DNA of 52,664 bases from contig VFJO01000179.1 of NCBI GenBank assembly GCA_009886045.1, forward strand, positions 1 through 52,664, written 5' to 3'. Source of the DNA: Verrucomicrobiota bacterium (lineage in GTDB: Bacteria; Verrucomicrobiota; Verrucomicrobiia; Chthoniobacterales; Terrimicrobiaceae). Position numbers and translations under genes: made by a program. Shown here in pieces: positions 1 through 7,574 of the stretch; the first letter of the stretch is position 1; every line of letters begins with the position of its first letter. The notes under the pieces were generated by a model. That model worked only from the letters and a program-made list of their open reading frames with translations. It was not told where the DNA came from and ran no database searches.

Positions 1-134
1 TCCCCAAAGAAGATTGAACTCAACCAGAATCCCCTGTAACAACCAACCAACTCTTGCCAACCATCGCTTATTTTAACCGGCTACTGGTCTAAAAATCGGG
101 GCCACCTCACAGCTATGGGATGGCTGTTGATTGT

Positions 135-233
135 CTATTTCAGATCCACATTTCCGCACAAGCCATCATTGAATCGAAGAAAGACATTGTGATCTCTTAA
201 ATATTTTGCTTCTTCTATGTAAACACAATTCAT
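135..233 (-). pseudogene. Truncated DUF2442-like fragment (32 codons, then a stop)
   Basis: My own minus-strand translation from the ATG at 233..231 gives MNCVYIEEAKYLRDHNVFLRFNDGLCGNVDLK*. This resembles the N-terminal strand region of the intact DUF2442 ORF at 343..588 (..YRLEIEFESAEIREFDL..). It is absent from the ORF track because it is under 60 aa. Confidence 0.3.
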
Positions 234-342
234 AGTTTCTATAGCAAGGGTTCAATCTTGTGAAAATCTTTGGAATTCCACATGCCCAACAACTCGTCCT
301 TGCGCATGTTGGTTCGATGTATCTGATAATTCGTATCTGAAT

Positions 343-588
343 TCAGACTGTTTCAATAGCTTGCGAATCTTCATATAATGTATCCGGGCAGAGATCCTGA
401 CCATGAGGCCATTGTATCGACCCCATGGAAACTTGAACTCTTGAAAAATACGCAATGTCTTTTAACTCTCCGAAAATCCCTTTCTCCAGATACGGCGTCA
501 GATCAAACTCTCTGATCTCTGCACTCTCAAACTCAATCTCCAACCTATAGTTTGAAAGTGGTCTTACCTTTCTGACTCTTGGGTTCAT
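343..588 (-). CDS. DUF2442 domain protein (small, TA-like partner of DUF4160)
   Basis: The 81-aa ORF has the pattern V..V.pl.nYrL.i.F..ge.r.fDl.pyL..GiF..L.d...F..V.v....i.WpnG.DlcPd.LY, which is typical of DUF2442. Its ATG lies 1 nt downstream of the stop of the DUF4160 gene. Confidence 0.8.
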   Translation of the reverse strand: MNPRVRKVRPLSNYRLEIEFESAEIREFDLTPYLEKGIFGELKDIAYFSRVQVSMGSIQWPHGQDLCPDTLYEDSQAIETV

Positions 589-589
589 G

Positions 590-859
590 TTACTTGAGTG
601 GTTCTATTTTAAACAGTTCTTGACCGTTTATTGCAAGCTCCCAGTTTGCAAGCAGTTCGTCTTTGTGAATTTCAATCCACGCTTGAACCAACTTCATTTT
701 AGGGTTTGGAATACTACCTTCAAGAATCTCTCCATCGGGTAATTCTAAAACAACCTCATCGCCAGAGTATTTGACATGGATATGTGGTTTTTTATGTTTT
801 TTATTATCGAAAAAATAAACATAAATAATGATTCCGTAAAACATTGATATTGCTGGCAT
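590..859 (-). CDS. DUF4160 domain protein
   Basis: The 89-aa ORF begins MPAISMFYGIIIYVYFFDNKKHKKPHIHVKY, the characteristic DUF4160 N-terminus (..i.myf.d...H..PHiHv.y). It is paired head-to-tail with the DUF2442 gene. Confidence 0.8.
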   Translation of the reverse strand: MPAISMFYGIIIYVYFFDNKKHKKPHIHVKYSGDEVVLELPDGEILEGSIPNPKMKLVQAWIEIHKDELLANWELAINGQELFKIEPLK

Positions 860-984
860 ATCTTTATTAGTTTTTATTTGTTGCTCTTGCTGAATGTTAT
901 TTGGAAAGACAATAATGTAGAATCATCGGATCACAGTCAATAGTGTGAAGAATATATTCCTAAACCCTTTTTCGCGAAATCATG

Positions 985-1590
985 TCAAGAATTAATTCCT
1001 GCCCCCTTTGACACTGGCATCCCCCACAATTCCATTTGGTGACGCTTGAACTCCGGAGTCCGCTCAATGTCTACTCTATCATACCAAAGGAAATCATATC
1101 CTGTAGCATCTGAGGCTCGCTTTGCTGCTTGGTCAGGCTGGAGTCGTCGAAACTCCATGTTGTAGATGAAGGCATGGAATCCGGCAGTAAGGTCTGGTGC
1201 CGCAACTTTCCATCTAGGCCCACAAACATATTCAATCTTGTCGCAGCCAGCGAAGATGTCATAGCTGACCTTCTCTACGCCTCCACGGCAGCATGCAAGA
1301 AGGAACACGGCATTTGAGCTCACTATGTCAAGTGGACATATTCCTGTAGAAAAATCATACCAAGAAACGAAGTATCCTTCCGGGTCGCCGAAACCATTTG
1401 GGTTTGCATGGGCTGCAAGATAGATATAGTCGAATTTGCAATTGTGAGTTGCAAGCTGCTCTAAGGCGTCAACCGTGTTGATCAACTGCTCAATGACATT
1501 CATACTAAACATGCCTGCAATGGTTTTGATCTGGCACACCTCGACATCGCAAATGTCTTTAGCGCCTTTAATAATGAGTAGGTTTTTCAT
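985..1590 (-). CDS. Hypothetical ~200-aa protein with a caspase/CHAT-like (clan CD) His...Cys dyad
   Basis: The ORF track entry 985..1629 starts at a TTG. The ATG at 1590 (MKNLLIIKGAKD) is the more likely start. A hydrophobic strand plus His (DYIYLAAHANPNGFG) is followed ~40 aa later by a hydrophobic strand plus Cys (AVFLLACCRGG), which resembles the caspase QACRG motif. The family call is by motif only. Confidence 0.6.
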   Translation of the reverse strand: MKNLLIIKGAKDICDVEVCQIKTIAGMFSMNVIEQLINTVDALEQLATHNCKFDYIYLAAHANPNGFGDPEGYFVSWYDFSTGICPLDIVSSNAVFLLACCRGGVEKVSYDIFAGCDKIEYVCGPRWKVAAPDLTAGFHAFIYNMEFRRLQPDQAAKRASDATGYDFLWYDRVDIERTPEFKRHQMELWGMPVSKGAGINS

Positions 1591-1737
1591 GATATTTTCG
1601 GAACATTGCTTGGTTACACAACTTTCCAATTTAGCCAGAAAGGCATTAAAAAAGTGGACAATTGAGTAAAATGCAAGCCTTCAAAGTTGGATGAGTGCTG
1701 ATCAGCGAGTTCTTGCTGGAGTCGCGGGGGCATGGCA

Positions 1738-1993
1738 TTATTCTCGCGGCATTTCGTGATGCCCGGCAGCTATTAACTGGTTTCGCAAATCTTCTGAGAG
1801 GGGTGTGAATCCCATTTTGAGTAACATCTCTTCCACCTATTCTTCTTGATGGCGGGTTTCTCGCTTCCATTCCACAGGAATTTCTGGAAATTTAACAAAT
1901 TGAGGTTTATTGGTTTTCCCAAGCTTTAATGTATTGGGCATAGTTTTCTTTAAAATCATTGATTGCATATGTCAGCGCGGAGTCAAACTCCAT
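1738..1993 (-). pseudogene. Decayed small ORF (one frameshift plus one in-frame TAG), unknown family
   Basis: My own minus-strand translation gives MEFDSALTYAINDFKENYAQYIKAWENQ*. After a +1 shift it continues KPQFVKFPEIPVEWKRETRHQEE(TAG)VEEMLLKMGFTPLSEDLRNQLIAAGHHEMPRE*. The pieces read as protein-like but are interrupted. Confidence 0.25.
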
Positions 1994-2119
1994 TTGGGTG
2001 AGCCAGCTTTTTTCCAAGATTTTGTTTGATATGGACATAATGTCTCGGTGCGGAGTTCCATGAGCCGTATTTTATCATGTCAGTTGCTGATCCCTTGGTT
2101 GCACTCCGCTCTTTAATAC

Positions 2120-2350
2120 TTACTTTTCTGGAAGCGGGGAATTTAGTTTCTTCTCCATTGCATCGGATAAATTTAGTAGGTTGAGGATAATCGTGGCGCC
2201 GCCGATTATTGACAGCACTGAAAAAGCGAGTTTGGCTAGGCTGAACTCCCAGAACAGGGAGATCAATCCCCACCAACCTGCAACGAAGTGTAGGTATACA
2301 GAAAGCAACCACAGAATGCCTTGGAGCATTGATATTGGTGTGGCAAGCAC
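2120..2350 (-). CDS. Small hypothetical membrane protein (about 2 TM)
   Basis: This 76-aa ORF starts at a GTG, with an alternative ATG at 2329. It has two hydrophobic helices (ILWLLSVYLHFVAGWWGLISLFW and AFSVLSIIGGATIILNLL). It begins 1 nt after the stop of the upstream small ORF. Confidence 0.5.
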   Translation of the reverse strand: MLATPISMLQGILWLLSVYLHFVAGWWGLISLFWEFSLAKLAFSVLSIIGGATIILNLLNLSDAMEKKLNSPLPEK

Positions 2351-2351
2351 T

Positions 2352-2537
2352 TTATTTTGATTGTTTTTTCGTTCTGCTTATTTGAATCCCAATCAGTAGA
2401 AATGAGAATGCTGCTAACAGAGCGAGAATCCCAAGCCATGTAACTGGTTTGGTCTGGATAAAGCCAGTGACTGCTATACCTGCAAACATAAGGGAGACAA
2501 CTACTCCGATTATTGTGGATCTACTTATGGTGGCCAT
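2352..2537 (-). CDS. Small hypothetical membrane protein (2 TM)
   Basis: This 61-aa ATG-initiated ORF has two TM helices (IIGVVVSLMFAGIAVTGFI and WLGILALLAAFSFLLIGIQI). It is tightly packed between two other small minus-strand ORFs. Confidence 0.55.
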   Translation of the reverse strand: MATISRSTIIGVVVSLMFAGIAVTGFIQTKPVTWLGILALLAAFSFLLIGIQISRTKKQSK

Positions 2538-2562
2538 GATCGCTCGCTCAGGAAAGGAAATA

Positions 2563-2859
2563 CTAAATTATCATGGCTACAACGGCTAAAAGAACAATCC
2601 ATGAGACGCATCCCAGAGTCGCCATTGTATGATTATGCCGAACTGCGGCATTTGCGCCCCTTTCCGCCCATTGATTATGAATATGTTTAAGTCGCTCTTC
2701 ATGGTCAGGTGACAGTGTAAAAATTTCACCTTCCACGGGAATCACCCCAACCTGCCCCGTCACTAGAAGAATATCCTGTGTCGGCAAATTGTAAATGTGG
2801 CCGGTTTCTTCACAAGTGAATGCCCTAAAATGGCCTGTCCCGGAAATTCTGTATTTCAT
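2563..2859 (-). CDS. Hypothetical tail-anchored protein (soluble ~75-aa N-domain plus C-terminal TM)
   Basis: This 98-aa ATG-initiated ORF ends in a hydrophobic segment (LGCVSWIVLLAVVAMII). It is the first gene of a three-ORF minus-strand run in the low-GC region. Confidence 0.55.
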   Translation of the reverse strand: MKYRISGTGHFRAFTCEETGHIYNLPTQDILLVTGQVGVIPVEGEIFTLSPDHEERLKHIHNQWAERGANAAVRHNHTMATLGCVSWIVLLAVVAMII

Positions 2860-2928
2860 GGCCCGTTTTATTCTAGCTACTCAAAATGTATCGCTGAGGT
2901 GATGTCAAACATTTTTTAAAGCTTGATC

Positions 2929-4542
2929 TTACGCCTTCATCTTCCGATACCTACGGATGAGAGAATTCGTGCTACTATCGTGTTTAAGGTCGGGCTCCTC
3001 TGTGGATTCGAGTTCGGGGATGATGCGTTGGGCGAGGACTTTGCCGAGTTCGACGCCCCATTGGTCGAAGGAGTTGATGTCCCAGAGCACGCCTTGGGTG
3101 AAGACGCTCATTTCGTAGAGGGAGACGAGGCTGCCGAGGATGGCGGGGGTTAGTTTTTCGGCGAGGATGACATTGGACGGGCGGTTGCCGTCGAAGACGC
3201 GGTGCGGGGCGAGTGCGGCGGGGGTGCCATCGGCTTCGACTTCGGCGAGGGTTTTTCCGAAGGCGAGGGCCTCGGTTTGCGCGAAGACATTGGACATGAG
3301 GATGTCGTGGTGACGGCCGAGTGGGTTGAGCGATTGGGCAAAGGCAATGAAGTCGCAGGGGATGAGGCGGGTGCCTTGGTGGATGAGCTGGTAGAAGCTA
3401 TGCTGGCCGTTCGTGCCGGGTTCGCCCCAGTAGATCGGACCTGTGTCGGCATCCACATGGTTGCCATCGAGTTTCACATGCTTGCCGTTGCTCTCCATAG
3501 TGAGTTGCTGGAGGTAGGCGGGGAAGCGTTTCAGGTATTGGTCGTAGGGAAGGACGGCGACGGTTTGCGCACCGTAGAAGTCGTTATACCACAGGGCCAA
3601 GAGGCCGTGGAGGACGGGGATGTTTTGCTCAAACGGCGCGGTGCGGAAGTGCTCGTCCATCGCATGGAATCCGGCGAGCATTTCGCGGAAGTTGTCTGGG
3701 CCAAGCGCGATCATGTTCGATAGGCCGATGGCGGAATCCATCGAATAGCGACCCCCTACCCAATCCCAGAAGCCGAACATGTTGGCGGTGTCGATGCCGA
3801 ACTCGGAGACTTTCTCGGCATTTGTGGAAACGGCGACGAAGTGCTTGGCGACGGCGGCTTTGTCACCCCCGAGACCGGCGAGCGACCACTCGCGGGCTGA
3901 GGCGGCATTGGTCATGGTCTCCAGCGTGGTAAATGTCTTGGAGGAAATGATAAAGAGCGTCTCGGCGGGGTCGAGGTCGTGGGTGGCCTCGGCGAAATCG
4001 GTGCCATCCACATTGGAGACGAAGCGGAAAGTGAGCGAGCGGTCGGTATAGTGGCGCAGGGCCTCGTAGGCCATCACGGGACCGAGGTCCGAACCGCCGA
4101 TGCCGATATTGACGATATTTTTGATGCGCTTGCCGGTGTGGCCTTTCCATTCGCCGGAGCGGATACGGTTGGAAAATTCGGACATCCGGTCGAGAACGGC
4201 ATGAACCTCTGGAACGACATCTACGCCATCGACTTTGATCGAAGCCGTGCGGGGAGCGCGGAGGGCGGTGTGGAGAACAGCGCGGTTCTCGGTGATGTTG
4301 ATCTTGTCGCCACGGAACATAGCATCAATCTTGCCGCGCAGATCGGCGGCATTCGCGAGATCGATCAAGCAAGCGATTGTCTCGCTGGTGATGAGGTTCT
4401 TAGAGTAATCCAAGAAAAGCCCAGCGGCTTCGAGTTGGAACTTCTCGGCGCGGGCCGGATCGGAAGCGAAAAGCTCGCGGAGGTGAGGAAGGGATTCGGA
4501 TTGGATGGAGAGGGTTTCCCAAGCGGGGTGTGTGGTGAGCAT
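2929..4542 (-). CDS. pgi: Glucose-6-phosphate isomerase
   Basis: The 537-aa ORF shows full-length PGI hallmarks (..DYSKN.., [39 protein letters not shown]). Confidence 0.95.
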   Translation of the reverse strand: MLTTHPAWETLSIQSESLPHLRELFASDPARAEKFQLEAAGLFLDYSKNLITSETIACLIDLANAADLRGKIDAMFRGDKINITENRAVLHTALRAPRTASIKVDGVDVVPEVHAVLDRMSEFSNRIRSGEWKGHTGKRIKNIVNIGIGGSDLGPVMAYEALRHYTDRSLTFRFVSNVDGTDFAEATHDLDPAETLFIISSKTFTTLETMTNAASAREWSLAGLGGDKAAVAKHFVAVSTNAEKVSEFGIDTANMFGFWDWVGGRYSMDSAIGLSNMIALGPDNFREMLAGFHAMDEHFRTAPFEQNIPVLHGLLALWYNDFYGAQTVAVLPYDQYLKRFPAYLQQLTMESNGKHVKLDGNHVDADTGPIYWGEPGTNGQHSFYQLIHQGTRLIPCDFIAFAQSLNPLGRHHDILMSNVFAQTEALAFGKTLAEVEADGTPAALAPHRVFDGNRPSNVILAEKLTPAILGSLVSLYEMSVFTQGVLWDINSFDQWGVELGKVLAQRIIPELESTEEPDLKHDSSTNSLIRRYRKMKA

Positions 4543-4617
4543 AGGAGTTTTAAGTTTTAAGGATTAAGTTGGCTGTGGTTTGGGAGTCGTTGAGAAGCGG
4601 AAGCGGTTTATTGGGAA
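4543..4617. repeat. Copy A of a ~75-nt module directly upstream of the pgi start
   Basis: The sequence aggagttttaagttttaaggattaagttggctgtggtttgggagtcgttgagaagcggaagcggtttattgggaa aligns by eye at roughly 80% identity to 5895..5971, which lies upstream of gnd. Confidence 0.7.
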
Positions 4618-4770
4618 TTAACCACGGAGGACACGGAGGACACGGAGGCGGGGAGGAGAGTTAAATAAATTGAGTATGAAATAGCGCTTTTTACTCGCGA
4701 GAGCTGGAAGAGTATCAATGATTGGTTAGATAAAAATTCTCCTCCGTGCTCTCCGTGTCCTCCGTGGTGA
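4618..4770. repeat. Inverted-repeat element with CCACGGAGGACACGGAGG-type arms
   Basis: The left arm is ttaaccacggaggacacggaggacacggagg (4618-4648). The right arm is ctcctccgtgctctccgtgtcctccgtggtga (4739-4770), a near reverse complement. The ~90-nt AT-rich spacer contains ttgagtatgaaa. Confidence 0.8.
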
Positions 4771-4841
4771 AAAATATGTTTTTATTCTAACGATGAGGTT
4801 TTAATGATGTGTTTTTACACGTTAAAAAAACCGCTTTATCC

Positions 4842-4875
4842 CCTCCTCTGTGAACTCTGTGTCCTCGGTGGTCAA
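4842..4875. repeat. Solo arm of the same repeat family, overlapping the gnd stop codon
   Basis: The sequence is cctcctctgtgaactctgtgtcctcggtggtcaa. On the minus strand the TGA stop of gnd (4872-4874) is the first triplet of TGACCACCGAGGACACAGAG. Confidence 0.7.
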
Positions 4876-5894
4876 TCCTTTTTTTCGTGGTGTCCACCAA
4901 ATTGAAATCTCATGGCCGAGAGGAGCTTATCTTGGAATTCTGCGTCACCCCGTGAGCTGAAGCGCTCGTAGAGGGCGGTAGTGAGGACGGGAACTGGCAC
5001 GGCCTCGTCGATGGCGGCTTTGATTGTCCAGCGTCCCTCGCCGGAGTCGCTCACGCGGCCGGCGAAATCTTTGAGTTCGGGGTCTTTGACGAGGGAGTTG
5101 GCCGTGAGATCAAGAAGCCAGCTAGCTACGACGCTACCACGGCGCCAAACTTCGGAGATGTCGGTGAGGTTGAGGTCGTATTGATAATGCTCGGGATCAC
5201 GGAGCGGAGTGGTCTCGGCATCAATTGTTTGCATTGTTTTGCCGATATTGGCATTTTTCAAGATATTCATACCCTCGGCGTAGGCGGCCATGATGCCGTA
5301 TTCGATGCCGTTATGAACCATTTTGACAAAGTGGCCGGCGCCATTGCCTCCACAATGGAGGTAGCCGAGTTCGGCCGTGCCTTGGTTTTCAGGACGACCG
5401 AGGGTGCGGGGGATATCACCGATGCCGGGGGCAAGGGTGCGGAAGATCGGGTCAAGGTGTTGAACGACCTCATTTTCGCCGCCGATCATCATGCAGTATC
5501 CGCGTTCGAGGCCCCAGACACCGCCGCTTGTGCCGACGTCGATGTAATGGATTCCTTTTAGAGCGATGTGCTTGGCGCGGCGAATATCGTCAATGTAGTA
5601 GGAGTTGCCGCCATCGATAATTGTGTCGCCCTTTTCCAGCAGAGGCAGGAGCTCATCAATCGTGCTATCGACTGCCGCAGCTGGAACCATGAGCCAGATT
5701 GCACGAGGAGTTTCGAGTTTGGAAACGAGATCGGCGAGGGATGTCGCGCCGGTGGCGCCTTCATGCACAAGCGAGTCAACCGCTGCTTGAGAGCGGTCGA
5801 ATACAGTAGCTTTGTGGCCATCGCGAAGGAGGCGAAGAACCATATTTGCGCCCATGCGGCCGAGGCCGATCATACCGAGTTGGAGTTTTAACAT
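4872..5894 (-). CDS. gnd: 6-phosphogluconate dehydrogenase (decarboxylating), short ~340-aa form
   Basis: The N-terminal Rossmann motif is [18 protein letters not shown]. Conserved 6PGDH blocks are also present (IDGGNS.Y.D, GTSGG..G...G...[16 protein letters not shown]). Confidence 0.85.
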   Translation of the reverse strand: MLKLQLGMIGLGRMGANMVLRLLRDGHKATVFDRSQAAVDSLVHEGATGATSLADLVSKLETPRAIWLMVPAAAVDSTIDELLPLLEKGDTIIDGGNSYYIDDIRRAKHIALKGIHYIDVGTSGGVWGLERGYCMMIGGENEVVQHLDPIFRTLAPGIGDIPRTLGRPENQGTAELGYLHCGGNGAGHFVKMVHNGIEYGIMAAYAEGMNILKNANIGKTMQTIDAETTPLRDPEHYQYDLNLTDISEVWRRGSVVASWLLDLTANSLVKDPELKDFAGRVSDSGEGRWTIKAAIDEAVPVPVLTTALYERFSSRGDAEFQDKLLSAMRFQFGGHHEKKD

Positions 5895-5971
5895 AAGAGA
5901 ATTAAGTTTTAAGGTTTAAGTGGATGGTGGTTTGGGAGTCGTTGGGAAACGAAGGCGGTTGGTGGGGATTT
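5895..5971. repeat. Copy B of the ~75-nt module directly upstream of the gnd start
   Basis: The sequence aagagaattaagttttaaggtttaagtggatggtggtttgggagtcgttgggaaacgaaggcggttggtggggattt is the counterpart of 4543..4617. Confidence 0.7.
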
Positions 5972-6096
5972 TTAACCACGGAGGACGCGGAGAGCACGGA
6001 GTAGAAGAGGAGGTTGGGGGTCATGTTTTAAGGAATGGCGGGCCGCTGGAAATTTTTATTTGAGTATAAATTTACCTCCGTGTCCTCTGTGGTCAA
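5972..6096. repeat. Second inverted-repeat element of the CCACGGAGGAC family
   Basis: The left arm is ttaaccacggaggacgcggagagcacggag (5972-6001). The right arm is cctccgtgtcctctgtggtcaa (6075-6096). The spacer contains ttgagtataaat. The right arm contains the TGA stop of the cytochrome b gene (6093-6095). Confidence 0.75.
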
Positions 6097-7574
6097 TTTT
6101 TTGTATTGCGCGACAGTGTGACGTCACGTGCTGGCGGAACGCCTTCAGCGCGGAGGGTGATCATGTAGGCAACGAGGGCTTCGACCTCGCTGGGCGAAAG
6201 GTTTTGTCCGTAGGCGGGCATATTTCCACCTCCCTGAACGACTTGCCGGACGAGTTGTGGCTTTGTGAGGCGCATGCCGACATCTGAGAGGCTTGGACCA
6301 CGCTCACCGCCAAGACCTTCGATGGCGTGGCAATTTCGGCATTGTTTGTATTGGAGGGTGATGGCTCCTTGGAGCTGAAGTGGCGTGCGGTGGAGGATTT
6401 GGGCATCTGGGGTGACTTCAGCAGACCAAGCGTTCATAACGGGAGACCATGGGGATGTGGTGCCGAGGTAGGTCAGAATGCCTAGGGAAATCCAGACGAG
6501 GAGCGTGACGATGACAGCCACAGGACGGCGGCGCCAGCTTTTCTCACCAGTGCCGTTGAGAAATGGCAGGGCAACGAGGATCAGACCGACAACGGCTGGT
6601 CCAACTAGGAGGGCGAAGGTCTCGATTTCCGCTGGCATGAGGGCGGCAATAGAAAAAATCCAGAGAAACCAGAAATCGGGGCGTGGGTTTGCATTGATTT
6701 GAAGTGGGTCGGCAGGTCCGCCCGGGCCTTTGGGGCCAAAGAAAAAAGCACAAGCCACGATGCCACCGATAACGAATGCAGAGGTAATGATGTCTTTGTC
6801 AATCGCTTTCGGGAAAAACGGGACGCCCTCTTTTTTAAGAATTGCTGCATATTCCTTGTCGTAAGTCTCACGGCGGACGAGCATTCCTGGGACTGGATAT
6901 TCGTTGATACCTTTGGTGAGAACCATGCGGAGGTGGAGACTGACGAGGGCAATGACAGCACCTGGCAGCACGAAAACATGGAGAGCGAAAAAGCGAGAGA
7001 GAGTCTCGGAGGCGATGATCTGGCCACCGAGCATGAAGTCCACAAGTTGCTGGCCGATAAAGGGCACGCGTCCCATGATAGAAGCACCGATGCCAAGCCC
7101 CCAATAGGCGTCCTCGTCGAAGCGCATGACTTGGCCGGTGAAGGCAAGGCCGAGGGTGCAAACGAGCAAAGCGAGTCCGGAGAGCCAAGTGATTTCGCGC
7201 GGGTATTTGTAGGCACCGAAGAGGTAAACCTGCGTCATGTGCAGGAGCATGATGCCAACCATGAAGTCCGAACCCCAGTAGTGCATGGCGCGCAAGAACC
7301 ATCCGAGCTGCTGGTGGTAGGTGAGATACTCGAGTGTCGCGTAGGCTTCGTCAGCGGAAGGGACATACACCAGAGCGAGCATGATGCCGGTGACCAATTG
7401 CAACATGAAGCAGAGGAGCGTGGCACTGCCAAAGACATAGAACCAACTGCCGGCACTTTGCGGAACATGGTGACCTGCGGTGGATTCCCATATTTTCTTG
7501 ACATGCAGGCGGTCGTCCACCCAATTGAAGACGCCAAGGCCGAGGTCGGTGAGTTTTTGGATCGGAACCTTCAT
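6093..7574 (-). CDS. qcrB: Cytochrome b of a Rieske/cyt b complex, fused to a C-terminal monohaem cytochrome c domain
   Basis: The N-terminal ~400 aa are cytochrome b-like (WFYVFGSATLLCFMLQLVTGIMLALVY, RAMHYWGSDFMV, multiple TM helices). The C-terminus carries CRNCH plus a downstream Met (GGNMPAYG). Confidence 0.9.
   Translation of the reverse strand: MKVPIQKLTDLGLGVFNWVDDRLHVKKIWESTAGHHVPQSAGSWFYVFGSATLLCFMLQLVTGIMLALVYVPSADEAYATLEYLTYHQQLGWFLRAMHYWGSDFMVGIMLLHMTQVYLFGAYKYPREITWLSGLALLVCTLGLAFTGQVMRFDEDAYWGLGIGASIMGRVPFIGQQLVDFMLGGQIIASETLSRFFALHVFVLPGAVIALVSLHLRMVLTKGINEYPVPGMLVRRETYDKEYAAILKKEGVPFFPKAIDKDIITSAFVIGGIVACAFFFGPKGPGGPADPLQINANPRPDFWFLWIFSIAALMPAEIETFALLVGPAVVGLILVALPFLNGTGEKSWRRRPVAVIVTLLVWISLGILTYLGTTSPWSPVMNAWSAEVTPDAQILHRTPLQLQGAITLQYKQCRNCHAIEGLGGERGPSLSDVGMRLTKPQLVRQVVQGGGNMPAYGQNLSPSEVEALVAYMITLRAEGVPPARDVTLSRNTKN

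Noticed and set aside
252-455. A 67-aa minus-strand ORF overlapping the 3' half of the DUF2442 gene.
   Set aside because: It is out of frame with a recognisable DUF2442 gene and has no motif or plausible start context.
3202-4560. Plus-strand ORFs of 173, 90 and 193 aa, and minus-strand ORFs of 95-105 aa, inside pgi.
   Set aside because: These are shadow ORFs of a full-length, motif-rich pgi, and none has a motif of its own.
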